Of a stretch of 64,000 nucleotides of DNA, positions 29,181 to 39,239 are shown in pieces. Below the pieces are notes generated by a model that saw only the letters and a list, made by a program, of their open reading frames with translations, was not told the DNA's origin and ran no database searches. Source of the DNA: Nitrospinales bacterium (GTDB taxonomy: Bacteria > Nitrospinota > Nitrospinia > Nitrospinales > VA-1). Within the stretch, counting starts at the first letter, position 1, and each line of letters begins with the position of its first letter. Location: contig CBDCWG010000012.1 of the NCBI GenBank assembly GCA_965223345.1, positions 1,472,001-1,536,000 on the forward strand. The letters run 5' to 3'. Both the position numbers and the translations under genes were made by a program.

Positions 29181-31313
29181 TCAATCCCTCCTTTCTTTCG
29201 CCTTTTTCAGGGTGCATTTGGCATCCAGCACTACCAATCGATGTTCGTAAAGCCGCACCGGGTTGAAGTCCAACGATTCGATTGCCGGCACGTTGCGCAC
29301 CCATCGAGTGATTTCCTGCAAAAAATGCGACAGGCGGTTCTTTGCCAGAGCCGTCTGACTGCGAATGCCGGCGATGATTTTCCCGGCCCGGGTGGAGTCG
29401 ATCAGTTGTTCCAGCTCCTGCGAAGTGGCCGGCTCCAGGATACGTTGGATGTCTCCCAGGGTTTCGACATAAGGGCCGCCGGTCCCGAACAACAACACCG
29501 GGCCGAACTGCGGATCCCGGTATGCTCCCACCATCAGTTCCAGGCCATCGGGCATCTGTTGCTCCACCCAAATGGATCCCGGCCAGTTCTCCTGCATGTC
29601 CTGCCATTTGCGGAACAGATCGTGCGGGTTGTCGATTCCCGTTTGAACGCCGTAGATCTCCAGCTTGTGTTTCAATTCCGGTTTCACGACCTTCAACACC
29701 AACGGGAAACCCATCTCATCGCAGGTAGCATTCAAATCTTCAGGAGTTTGCACGTGTTTGTGTTTGGGAACTTCGATGCCCCTTTGTTTTAAAAATTCCT
29801 TGAGCTGCATTTCGTGCGGCGTCCGATCGCTGAAGGGCCACATGAATCCATCCTGTTCCACGACATCAAAATCCGGTGTTGCCTCCGTTGCAAACCGTTT
29901 GCGGATGTTTTGCTGCTGTTCCAGCACCGAAAGGGCGCGCACCGCCGATTCGGCGGAGGAAAAAACGGGAATTTTCTGGCGCAGCAGCTGCCGCTGCAAC
30001 GGAACCCGTAATGCCTCTCCATAGGCTGCGATGGCCAGGGGAATGTCTTGGGGAAAGGTTCTGTGGAAATCGGTTGCGATGTCTGCGTGGATTCCCTGCG
30101 TCCCGGAAAGCAGTACCAGAAGCAGGTTGTCGAACTCGCCGGAGTTCAGCAGCACGTCCAGACTCTTCAGACATTGTGCGTTGGTGCCGGAGCCGGTGAG
30201 GTCGATCGGGTTCTGCATGGAATAATACGGCGGCAAAAATTCACTCAACGCGCTCCGGGTTTTGCCGGAAGGTTTGGGGATCTGCAATCCATATCGTTCG
30301 CACAGATCGGTCAGGAAAACGCCCATGCCCCCGCCGTTGGAAACCACGAGCACACGCGGTCCGTTGGGAACAGGTTGCGCTGCGAACATCTCCAGAGCCT
30401 CCGCAAACGCCTCGAAACCGAACACCTCGACGATTCCCGCTTTGGCGCAGGCAGCCTGGAAAACTTCATACGACCCTGCGAGGGAAGCCGAATGCGCTTG
30501 AGCGGCGTCGCTGCCGCGCTGTTCGCGGCCCCCTTTCCAGATGACGATCGGTTTTTTCCCTTTCGCCTGGATGGCGGCACGAACCAGGCGCGGTCCGTCG
30601 GCGATGCTTTCCAGATACATGCCGATCACTTCGATTGCGGGGTCCTGTAGAAAAAGTTCCAGAAGTTCCGTTTCACCCACGTCGATTCGGTTGCCGAAAT
30701 TCACCGCACGCTGGACGCCGATATTCCGCTCCGCCAGCGTGTTGAGTGCCAGAGAGAGAAAGGCGCCGCTCTGGGAGAGGAGGCCCACCTTGCCCGGTTT
30801 GGGAAACCGGATGGCTTCGGGTGTCAAAAAGAAGCTGTTGAATTGATCCGGTGCGCTGAAAACTCCCAGGCCGTTGGGGCCGATGACGCGGACGCCGAAT
30901 TTTTTCGCCTCCGCCTGCAAGTGGTTCTGCAGAATTTCACCCTCCGCTCCGGTTTCTGCAAACCCGCCGCTGGTCACGATCAAATGATGCACGTTCCTGC
31001 CCGCGAGAGGTTTCACCAATCCAGGAACCGCTGAGGCGGGGACGGCGGCGACCGCCAGGTCCACGCCCTCCGGCAGATCATCGATGCGGCGTACGGCATT
31101 ACAGCCATGCAGGGACTTGCCATCCGGGTGCACGAGCGTGATCGTTCCGGCAAACCCCTGGGCCTGCATGCTGGCGACGATCTTTCCTCCCAGGTTGTCC
31201 GGCTTGGGAGAGGCGCCGATCACCGCCACCGATTGCGGAGCGAAGAACAGCCTCAGGGAAAATTCGGCGCCCGCTGCGTTCGAGCCCGCGGCCTCTTTTT
31301 GTGTGGCGAACAT
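29181..31313 (-). CDS. ADP-forming acyl-CoA synthetase (fused alpha-beta)
   Basis: SVAVIGAS CoA-binding, GFAE, IGPNGLG, SQSG, AHSASLAG (His), NGGG, NPIDL, ATP-grasp FPLVLK, DPQFGP, DFNP. Confidence 0.9.
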   Translation of the reverse strand: MFATQKEAAGSNAAGAEFSLRLFFAPQSVAVIGASPKPDNLGGKIVASMQAQGFAGTITLVHPDGKSLHGCNAVRRIDDLPEGVDLAVAAVPASAVPGLVKPLAGRNVHHLIVTSGGFAETGAEGEILQNHLQAEAKKFGVRVIGPNGLGVFSAPDQFNSFFLTPEAIRFPKPGKVGLLSQSGAFLSLALNTLAERNIGVQRAVNFGNRIDVGETELLELFLQDPAIEVIGMYLESIADGPRLVRAAIQAKGKKPIVIWKGGREQRGSDAAQAHSASLAGSYEVFQAACAKAGIVEVFGFEAFAEALEMFAAQPVPNGPRVLVVSNGGGMGVFLTDLCERYGLQIPKPSGKTRSALSEFLPPYYSMQNPIDLTGSGTNAQCLKSLDVLLNSGEFDNLLLVLLSGTQGIHADIATDFHRTFPQDIPLAIAAYGEALRVPLQRQLLRQKIPVFSSAESAVRALSVLEQQQNIRKRFATEATPDFDVVEQDGFMWPFSDRTPHEMQLKEFLKQRGIEVPKHKHVQTPEDLNATCDEMGFPLVLKVVKPELKHKLEIYGVQTGIDNPHDLFRKWQDMQENWPGSIWVEQQMPDGLELMVGAYRDPQFGPVLLFGTGGPYVETLGDIQRILEPATSQELEQLIDSTRAGKIIAGIRSQTALAKNRLSHFLQEITRWVRNVPAIESLDFNPVRLYEHRLVVLDAKCTLKKAKERRD

Positions 31314-31314
31314 G

Positions 31315-32241
31315 TCAGTCCTGCCTTTCCCAATAGCGGTCCACATTGCTTTGGATTTCCGCAATCACCGCATCCTGTTTTTTCGGAACGAACAGGTGGC
31401 GGAAGCGTTTTTGCCGTTCGAGAAATTTTTCCACTGGAATGCGCTTTCTCGGTTTGCGCGTGTGGATCACTTTTCCGTCGATGTATTCCTTCAGCGGGAA
31501 AATGCCGGTGTCCACAGCGAGCTTGGCGATCAACTGCGTCTCCCTGGGATCGAATCCCCATCCGGTGGGGCAGGGGGACATGCAGATGAACAGGCGTGGA
31601 CCTTTCATTTCTCTGGCCTTGGCGAACTTGTTGGACAGATCGATCGGCTCCCTGGGAGACACCGTCGCGATGTACGGCGGGTCCTGGGCTTTCCAGATTT
31701 CGAACAGATCTTTTTTCCTGATTTCAGCTCCCGCCGGATGCATCCCGGTGACCGGAGTGGTCTGAGTCATGCTCCCGTAGGGGGAGGCAGCGGACAACTG
31801 GAAGCCTGTGTTGCCGTAGGCCTCGTTGTCGTAGCAATAGTAGATAAAATCCAGGTTGCGGTGCAGGGCGGCGGAGGTGGGGCTCAAGCCCATGTCCGCG
31901 GTGGACCCGTCGCCCGCAACCACCATGACCAGCAGGTTTTCCTCCTCGGGCAGGTGTTTGTGCTGCAAGCGGATGTCCAGGGCGTCGCGCACGCCCTGCG
32001 CCGCGGGCACCGGACCCGCCATGGTGGTGTACAGCCAGGAACCCTCGAAGGGAGTGAACGGATACACCGACAGCAGGGTGAAGCATCCGGCTGCGTTGCA
32101 CAACAGGACGCGGTCTCCCAGTTCCTTGAGCGCCAGCCGCAATCCCTCAAGCCCGCCGCAACCCGCGCACAGCGCCGTCCCCGGCTGGATGCCTTCACGC
32201 GGATGCAGATCGCTGATTTTTTTGTGGTGAACCGTGTTCAT
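31315..32241 (-). CDS. 2-oxoacid:ferredoxin oxidoreductase beta subunit
   Basis: CAGCG, AGC, GDG..D...DNE.YGNTG TPP motif, SPCPTGW. Confidence 0.93.
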   Translation of the reverse strand: MNTVHHKKISDLHPREGIQPGTALCAGCGGLEGLRLALKELGDRVLLCNAAGCFTLLSVYPFTPFEGSWLYTTMAGPVPAAQGVRDALDIRLQHKHLPEEENLLVMVVAGDGSTADMGLSPTSAALHRNLDFIYYCYDNEAYGNTGFQLSAASPYGSMTQTTPVTGMHPAGAEIRKKDLFEIWKAQDPPYIATVSPREPIDLSNKFAKAREMKGPRLFICMSPCPTGWGFDPRETQLIAKLAVDTGIFPLKEYIDGKVIHTRKPRKRIPVEKFLERQKRFRHLFVPKKQDAVIAEIQSNVDRYWERQD

Positions 32242-33473
32242 GATGCTTCCTTTCCCGAGTGAGCCAGCTTCAGCAGATTCTGAAACTGGTTCCAGTCGTT
32301 TTCGTCGTACAGGAACAAAGGCGTGCGCGGGACCGGGGCGTCCAGCTCGGCGACGATGGACAAAAAATCCTCTTCGCGCAGGTTTTTGCCTCCCAGACCG
32401 CCGATCACCGAAAGCACTTTGTGCGCCGGCCGGTGGCCGTTTGCGAGCGCCGTGACGATTTCCGGATACATGATGCCGCCCATGCCCGGCGCGAGGTTCT
32501 GGTCGATCACGGCGATCTTTTCCGTTTTGCGCAGCGCTTCGGCAATGGCCTGTGCGGGGAAAGGCCGGAACATGGAAATTTTCAGCAATCCGGCTTTCAC
32601 GCCCTGACTGCGCAGCCGCCGGACAGCGGCTTTTCCCTGCGTGGCGAACGAATTGCTCATGACAAACGCGTAGTCCGCATCGTCCAATTGAAACCGCTCC
32701 ACCGTGTCGTAGTAGCGTCCGAAGCGTTCGCCATATTCCTGCGCCGCCTCTGCAAAAACCGTTTCCGCCTTGCGGGCGGCGAGTTCCTGCTGGATGCGAA
32801 AATAGGTATAAGGTCCGCCGCCGAACACGGCCCCCGCGCGGGCCATCGGACGGGAAGCCTGAAAAACCGGTTGCACCGGTTCGAATTCAGGCAGAAACGC
32901 CCGCACAGCGGCTTCGTCCGGGATCAGCACCGGCTCGCGGGTGAAGGACAAGTAGAAACCGTCCATGTTCACCAGCACCGGCAGGCACACATCGGGAGAT
33001 TCGGCGATGCGGAAGGCGAGCAGGATGAAATCCAGAACTTCCTGGCAGGTTTCCGCATGCAATTGCACCATGCCGCAGTCGCGGGTCGCCATCACGTCGT
33101 TGTGATCCGGTTCCAGCGTGATCGGGGTGGCGAGCGCCCGGGACACGTTGACCAGAACGAAAGGCACACGCCAGCCGGTGACGGTGTAGATGGATTCCAG
33201 TCCGTGCAGGATCCCCTGGCTGGAAGACGCGGTGAACACGCGCACGCCGGTGGCCGCAGCGGCTCCCGCCGCCATGAACATGGAGTGTTCCGAATCCATG
33301 TTGGTGAATTTTCCCCGCAGGGTTCCGTCTGCGAACCACGTGGACAGGGTCTCGACGATCTCCGTCTGCGGGGTGATGGGGAATGCCGGGACGTATTCCA
33401 CCCCTGCGAGACGGGCCCCCCACGCCGCCGCCTTGTTGCCTGTCAGCATTCTCTTAAGCGCCGTCGTCTGCAT
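32238..33473 (-). CDS. 2-oxoacid:ferredoxin oxidoreductase alpha subunit
   Basis: GNKAAA, FPITPQT, SEHS, TASSSQG, DGF, FRPFP, GLGG. Confidence 0.93.
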   Translation of the reverse strand: MQTTALKRMLTGNKAAAWGARLAGVEYVPAFPITPQTEIVETLSTWFADGTLRGKFTNMDSEHSMFMAAGAAAATGVRVFTASSSQGILHGLESIYTVTGWRVPFVLVNVSRALATPITLEPDHNDVMATRDCGMVQLHAETCQEVLDFILLAFRIAESPDVCLPVLVNMDGFYLSFTREPVLIPDEAAVRAFLPEFEPVQPVFQASRPMARAGAVFGGGPYTYFRIQQELAARKAETVFAEAAQEYGERFGRYYDTVERFQLDDADYAFVMSNSFATQGKAAVRRLRSQGVKAGLLKISMFRPFPAQAIAEALRKTEKIAVIDQNLAPGMGGIMYPEIVTALANGHRPAHKVLSVIGGLGGKNLREEDFLSIVAELDAPVPRTPLFLYDENDWNQFQNLLKLAHSGKEAS

Positions 33474-34371
33474 GTTCCACCTCCCATACGTTTTGGATGA
33501 TGTGCAGCGGGCATTCCTGCGCGCAGATCAAGCACCCCTTGCAGTGATCGTAATCGATCACCGGCTTGCCGTCCGGATCGACGGCGATCACACCGTCCGG
33601 GCATCGGGCATAGCAGATGAGACAGTGATTGCATTTTTCGTAATCGATGACCGGGCGTTGCAGCCTCCAGTTGCCGGTTTTTCGCAGACCCATGTTTCCC
33701 TGCGCCAGAATCACCGGCGCGGCTTCGGCGACCGGGTGCTGCTCGATGCCGATCAGCCGGCTGGCTGTCAGCGGTTGTTCGGTTTTTTTTCCGATAGGAG
33801 CCGGTTTTACGATTTCAAACACGTGCGCTGCCAGGGCTGTGTTTTTCTGCACGATTTCCTCTGCGAAGCCCTGCTGCTCCAGTTCGACTTCTATGGCTTC
33901 TTTGAGGGCTTCCCAGGAAATTTTTCCCGTGATCTTCGCGGCCGCAGCCGCCAAAGCCGTGCTCAGGATGTTTCCCCGCTCCAGAAACTCGACTCCAAGC
34001 TGGGTCAGTTCTGCGGTTGCGGGAAGCGCCGGCAGTTTGAACTTGTCCTTCAGCGTCTGCGCTTTGAGCGTGGAGTTGATGAAGATCGCCGTCGAAGCGT
34101 CCGTCCCGCAGAGCGGTCCGGTTTTCGCGTCTTCCAGGAGAGTGGCGTCTCCGACCATGAGGATATCGGGACGCGCGATGGGGCCGCGTTTCTGGATGGG
34201 CTGGTCGCTGATGCGGGTGAAGGCGACGATCGGCGCACCCCGCCGTTCCGCTCCGTAAAGCGGGAAGTCCTGCGCTTGAAACCCGGACAAAAACGCCGCG
34301 GTTCCTAAAATCTGACCGGCGGTTTTGATCCCCTGGCCCCCGCGCCCGTGCAATCTTATTTCCAGTATCAT
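33454..34371 (-). CDS. 2-oxoacid:ferredoxin oxidoreductase gamma-delta fusion
   Basis: HGRGGQG, YGAERRGAP; KTGNWR, CNHCLICYARCP, CKGCLICAQECP. Confidence 0.93.
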   Translation of the reverse strand: MILEIRLHGRGGQGIKTAGQILGTAAFLSGFQAQDFPLYGAERRGAPIVAFTRISDQPIQKRGPIARPDILMVGDATLLEDAKTGPLCGTDASTAIFINSTLKAQTLKDKFKLPALPATAELTQLGVEFLERGNILSTALAAAAAKITGKISWEALKEAIEVELEQQGFAEEIVQKNTALAAHVFEIVKPAPIGKKTEQPLTASRLIGIEQHPVAEAAPVILAQGNMGLRKTGNWRLQRPVIDYEKCNHCLICYARCPDGVIAVDPDGKPVIDYDHCKGCLICAQECPLHIIQNVWEVEHADDGA

Positions 34372-34681
34372 GGCGCACCTCTCGAATTGCAGGAGCCGTC
34401 CTCACTCCTATAAGTAAGACCGCCGGGGAAATGCGTTTATTCCCGCAAAGCAGCGTGCGCGGGCCTCCATAAAATATTGACATAAAATGATTTTTGGGTT
34501 TTCGTGTGAGGTTTTGAAAGCCTTAGATTCGGAATAATCGTGAGCGCCGTCGATCCTTTATAATGGGGAGAACAGAATCCATACTCAGTCCGGCAATGAC
34601 TTTTGCATCGTCGGAGAACATCCCTGTGAGGATTCGATATTTCGTGGTGTTTTCGGGGCGTTCTCCAGTCGATAATGCGTC

Positions 34682-35977
34682 ATGAATATTTTGATGATGT
34701 CCAACACTTTCTCGCCGCATGTGGGGGGCGTGGCGAAATCGTTGCAAATCTTCACGCGTGAATACCGGAAAAAGGGGCACCGCGTGGTTCTGGTGGTGCC
34801 CGAGTTTGTGGGCATGCCGGAAAGCGAAGAAGACGTGATCCGGGTTCCGGCCATCCAGAATTTCAATGGCAGTGATTTTTCGGTTCGGCTCCCCATCCCC
34901 GGACTGGTCGCCGCCGCCCTGGAAGATTTTCACCCGGACGTCGTGCACGCGCATCATCCTTTTTTGCTGGGGGACACGGCGCTGTTGGTTTCCTCGGCAA
35001 AAAACGCCCCCCTGGTTTTCACCCATCACACCCTGTACGAACAATACACCCATTACGTTCCCGGCGATTCTCCGGCCATGCAGCGCTTTGTGGTGGATCT
35101 TTCCACAGGATACGCCAACCTCTGCGACCGGGTGTTCGCTCCCAGTGAAAGCATCGCCCGCATTCTGAAAACACGTGGTGTGGAGAAGCCGATTGCGATC
35201 GTCCCCACAGGTGTGCAGATGGAACTTTTTTCTCAAAAACGAGAGCGATCGTTCCGGGAAACCGCAAAGATTCCGGAAAACGCCTTCCTCGTCGGTCACC
35301 TGGGGCGTCTGGCTCCGGAAAAGAACCTGGACTTTCTCGCCCAGGCGGTCGCGCAATTTTGCCGCGCTCAGGAAAACGCCCATTTTCTGGTTGTGGGCAC
35401 CGGGCCTTCTGAGCAGACCGTGCGGGACCGGTTCCGGGAATGCGGCCTCGGTGACAGGCTGCATGTGCACGGCATCCTGAAAGGGAAGGATCTCGTCGCT
35501 GCGTATCACGCCATGGATGTGTTCGCCTTCGCATCGAAAAGCGAAACCCAGGGAATGGTATTGACCGAGGCCATGGCGGCGGCAACACCGGTCATCGCCC
35601 TGGATGCGCCCGGTGTCCGGGAAGTGGTGGAGGATGGCAAGAACGGGCGGTTGCTCGCCAGCGGGAATGTTTCGGTTTTTGCCAGTGCGCTGCGTTGGGT
35701 TGCGTCGCTGCCTTGTCAGGAAATGCGAGCATTGCAGCAAAATGCCCGCAAAACGGCGGAAGCGTTTTCAGCAGAGCGGTGCGCCCTCAAGGCCCTTGAG
35801 CAGTACCGGAATCTGATCGAAAAAGAAGAACCCGCCTCGCGCGAAACCGAAGACAGCATGTGGGACACGGCGCTGCGGCTGCTGGAGGCGGAATGGGAAA
35901 TCTGGGCGAATCGCGCGCACGCTGCCGGTGCGGCGTTGAGCCCTGAGGAGTCCCGGTGGGAAAATCGCGATGATTGA
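34682..35977 (+). CDS. GT4 glycosyltransferase (diacylglycerol glucosyltransferase-like)
   Basis: GGVA, HAHHPF, GRLAPEKN, ETQGMVL.EAMA. Confidence 0.9.
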   Translation: MNILMMSNTFSPHVGGVAKSLQIFTREYRKKGHRVVLVVPEFVGMPESEEDVIRVPAIQNFNGSDFSVRLPIPGLVAAALEDFHPDVVHAHHPFLLGDTALLVSSAKNAPLVFTHHTLYEQYTHYVPGDSPAMQRFVVDLSTGYANLCDRVFAPSESIARILKTRGVEKPIAIVPTGVQMELFSQKRERSFRETAKIPENAFLVGHLGRLAPEKNLDFLAQAVAQFCRAQENAHFLVVGTGPSEQTVRDRFRECGLGDRLHVHGILKGKDLVAAYHAMDVFAFASKSETQGMVLTEAMAAATPVIALDAPGVREVVEDGKNGRLLASGNVSVFASALRWVASLPCQEMRALQQNARKTAEAFSAERCALKALEQYRNLIEKEEPASRETEDSMWDTALRLLEAEWEIWANRAHAAGAALSPEESRWENRDD

Positions 35978-38354
35978 ACGGATGGAAAGCGTCTGGCGCC
36001 GAATCCGCTCGTGGTTCCATGCGAGCGAATGGGGAATCCGCCTGCTCGGGCTTTCAAAATCCAGCGGCACCGAAACCGAACCGGGGCTGGTGCTGGTGCA
36101 GATCGACGGCCTGTCCCGCAGGCAGCTCGAAACGGCGCTCGGGAAAGGAAAAATGCCTTTCCTCAAGCAACTGCTGGGCACCGAGGGTTACCGCATGCAC
36201 ACTTTGTACTCGGGGCTCCCGGCCAGCACACCCGCCGTTCAGGGGGAGCTGCTCTACGGGGTTCCCGGGTGCGTGCCCGCGTTCAGCTTTCAGGACCGGA
36301 GCACAGGAGAAGTGGTGAAAATGTTCGATCCGGAACCGGTTGCCAAAATTCAGGAGTCGCTGGAAAAAAATCGACCCCACCTTTTAGAAAATGGGAGTAC
36401 CTACGCCAACATCTTTTCCGGCGGCGCGGCGGAAACGCATTTCTGCCCGGCGACGTTCGGCTGGGATCACATCACGCGAGCGATCCACCCCATAAATCTA
36501 TTGGGCTTTTTTTTCTCGCACGCATTGAGTCTGCTCCGGACGGGGTTTCTTCTCCTGGTCGAATCGGTTCTGGCTGTGGGAGACTGCATCCGCGGTCTGA
36601 TCGGCGGGAAAGATCTGTTGAAGGAGTTGAAATTCGTTCCCACCCGCGTGGCGATCAGCATTCTATTGCGCGATCTGGTCACTCTCGGGGCGCGGATGGA
36701 TGTCCTGCGCGGGCTCCCGGTCGTCCATATCAATTTCCTCGGGTACGACGAGCAGGCCCACCGCCGCGGCCCCACATCCGATTTCGCCCACTGGACGCTC
36801 AAGGGCATCGATGCGGCGATCCGAAGGGTTGTGCACACGGCACGCATGTCTTCGCGCCGGGATTATGAGGTGTGGGTGTTTTCCGATCACGGCCAGGAGG
36901 AAACCGTTCCTTTTCCCAGGGAAAGCGGGAAATCCGTTCAGGAAGCGGTGGCCAAGGTGTTCACCCAATTCGGGCCGCCGCTGCTGGGAAAAAAAGACAC
37001 GCGCGGAATCCAGTTCGAACGCTCCAAATGGCTGGGGACCGCGTTTCTGAACTGGCTGGTGGGGGAGAACGACGATCAGGACGCGATCGACCGCTCCCGT
37101 CTGGTGGTCACCGCGCTGGGTTCCCTGGGACACCTCTACACGCCGGTGCTGCTTGATCAGCCGGAGAAGGCGCGCCTGGCGAAAAAGCTGGTCGAAGAAG
37201 CGCACATCCCCACGGTGCTGTACGCCGCTTCGAACGGGGATGCCCACGCCTGCACCCGGGACGGCCTGCTGCATCTCCCTCAGGATGCGGAAAAACTGCT
37301 GGGGCCGGAACATCCTTTTTTAGAGGAAGCGGCGCAGGATCTGGTGAAGCTATCGCATCATCCGAACGCCGGAGACCTGATCCTTTCGGGCTGGAGGCTG
37401 GGCAGACAGCCGGTCAGCTTTCCCATGGAAAACGGTTCCCACACCGGCCCGGGCCCGGAAGAGACCCGCGCCTTCGCGCTTCTACCCGTGACGACCCCGC
37501 TGGAAACCACCGGCGACTACCTGCGGCCGCTGCAGCTCAGAGAAGCCGCGCTGCGTTACCTCAAGCGCCATCCATCACCGCAGAAACCGCAACTGTCCCG
37601 CCGCAAACGCCGGGAGAACCACTTGCGGATCATGACCTACAACATCCACTACTGCATCAACATGGATGGAAAAACCTCGCCCAAACGGATCGCCAAGGTC
37701 ATCGCCCATTACGATCCCGACATCGTGTGCCTGCAGGAGCTGGATGTTCGAAGGATGCGGACGGGTTCCGTCGATCAGGTGCATTTCATTGCGCACGAGC
37801 TGGACATGGACTTTCATTTCGCGCCGGCCGTGAAGATTCAGGAAGAAGAATTCGGCAACGCCGTGCTCACGCGTTTTCCCATGCAGCTGGTGCACGCGGG
37901 CCGCCTGCCGGGAATCCCGGACCGCTCCGACATCGAACCCCGGGGCGCCCTCTGGGTCGAGATCGGGGTTGACGGCAAAACAATCCAGCTTTTCAACACG
38001 CACTTCGGACTGCGGGAGCAGGAACGCATCCAGCAGGTGAACGCGCTCATGGGAAAAGAATGGCTGGGGCATCCCGATTGCCGCGATCCCGTCATCCTGT
38101 GCGGGGATTTCAACGCGCTGCCCCGTTCCCGCGTGTGCAACAAACTGCGCCGCAAATTCATCGACGCCCAATGGAGCCTGAACGACCACCGCCCGCAGCG
38201 CACCTTTTTCGGCCGCTTTCCGGTGGGGCGGATCGATCACATTTTCGTCAGCCCCGGCATCGAGGTGCGGGGAATCGAAGTGCCCCGCACCGCGCTCACG
38301 CGGACGGCGTCCGACCATCTGCCCCTGATCGCCGAAGTCAAGCTCCCCGATTGA
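35970..38354 (+). CDS. Alkaline-phosphatase-superfamily domain fused to endonuclease/exonuclease/phosphatase domain
   Basis: QIDGLS, PASTP, DEQAH, SDHGQ; TYNIH, LQE, GDFN, IDH, SDHLP. Confidence 0.88.
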   Translation: MIERMESVWRRIRSWFHASEWGIRLLGLSKSSGTETEPGLVLVQIDGLSRRQLETALGKGKMPFLKQLLGTEGYRMHTLYSGLPASTPAVQGELLYGVPGCVPAFSFQDRSTGEVVKMFDPEPVAKIQESLEKNRPHLLENGSTYANIFSGGAAETHFCPATFGWDHITRAIHPINLLGFFFSHALSLLRTGFLLLVESVLAVGDCIRGLIGGKDLLKELKFVPTRVAISILLRDLVTLGARMDVLRGLPVVHINFLGYDEQAHRRGPTSDFAHWTLKGIDAAIRRVVHTARMSSRRDYEVWVFSDHGQEETVPFPRESGKSVQEAVAKVFTQFGPPLLGKKDTRGIQFERSKWLGTAFLNWLVGENDDQDAIDRSRLVVTALGSLGHLYTPVLLDQPEKARLAKKLVEEAHIPTVLYAASNGDAHACTRDGLLHLPQDAEKLLGPEHPFLEEAAQDLVKLSHHPNAGDLILSGWRLGRQPVSFPMENGSHTGPGPEETRAFALLPVTTPLETTGDYLRPLQLREAALRYLKRHPSPQKPQLSRRKRRENHLRIMTYNIHYCINMDGKTSPKRIAKVIAHYDPDIVCLQELDVRRMRTGSVDQVHFIAHELDMDFHFAPAVKIQEEEFGNAVLTRFPMQLVHAGRLPGIPDRSDIEPRGALWVEIGVDGKTIQLFNTHFGLREQERIQQVNALMGKEWLGHPDCRDPVILCGDFNALPRSRVCNKLRRKFIDAQWSLNDHRPQRTFFGRFPVGRIDHIFVSPGIEVRGIEVPRTALTRTASDHLPLIAEVKLPD

Positions 38355-38489
38355 CGCCTGGACGCTCCTTGTCTCGTGGTTTCCGCTGTCGATCCCGGTG
38401 CGACTGATACCTAAAAAAAGGCCTTCCCCCGATCGTCGATGCAAAATTCAGGGAAAGGCCGGTTTGCCTAAAGCGTTGTCGCTCTCATG

Positions 38490-38585
38490 CTAGCTGTGGA
38501 AGATATGGTTCCCTTCGAAAAGCTCTGCAACCAACATGCCTACGATATACAGTGTGACTACGATTCCCATCACGTCGAACCACAT
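38490..38585 (-). CDS. 31-aa single-TM small protein
   Basis: RBS AAAGGGGG, MWFDVMGIVVTLYIVGMLVAELFEGNHIFHS. Confidence 0.5.
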   Translation of the reverse strand: MWFDVMGIVVTLYIVGMLVAELFEGNHIFHS

Positions 38586-38827
38586 AAGCTCGCCCCCTTT
38601 CCGGATGATCGGATTGTCATGCAGTCCAATCCGGGTTGATTCTGGGGGAGTGTCTGCATCCCTCACTTTTAAAGTAGGTCCGCTCCGACAAATGCGCAAC
38701 GGTTTTCGGAAGGACGGCTCCCGCCCGATTGACGAAAAGCCGGCAGAGCCTATATTAATTACAGGTAGGGGAACATGCATGTGCAGGGGAATACGAACCA
38801 AGGCATTTCATCGTGAGGAAATCGGCC

Positions 38828-39208
38828 ATGAAAAAGATATTGATCGTGGACGACGAAATAAACATCCGCTTCTTGTACAAAGAAGAGTTTGAGGAGGAAG
38901 GGTACGCTGTGGTGCTGGCGAGCGATGCGGAGGAAGCCCTGGAAATGATCGGGAAAGAGAAACCCGATCTCATCTGCCTGGACATCAAATTGCCCGGGAT
39001 GGATGGGATCGAGTTCATGAACATCGTGATGCATGAATTCCCGGACATTCCGGTGATCTTTTGCTCTGCGTTCGCGCACTACAAGCAGGATTTCAGGGTC
39101 TGGAGTGCGAAGAGTTACTGGATCAAATCCGCCAATCTTAATGAGCTGAAAAAACGGGTGAAAGAAATTCTGTCCCCGCAACCTGCAGAAACGGCTTCCT
39201 CCTGTTGA
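38828..39208 (+). CDS. Single-domain response regulator
   Basis: ILIVDDE, CLDIKLPGMDG. Confidence 0.9.
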   Translation: MKKILIVDDEINIRFLYKEEFEEEGYAVVLASDAEEALEMIGKEKPDLICLDIKLPGMDGIEFMNIVMHEFPDIPVIFCSAFAHYKQDFRVWSAKSYWIKSANLNELKKRVKEILSPQPAETASSC

Positions 39209-39239
39209 GGGCGGGAAGGGTGAGAGAACGGAGTCCATC

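Noticed and set aside
29179..29607. N-terminal extension of the amino-acid dehydrogenase
   Set aside because: Overlaps the acyl-CoA synthetase in another frame; RBS and ATG at 29178
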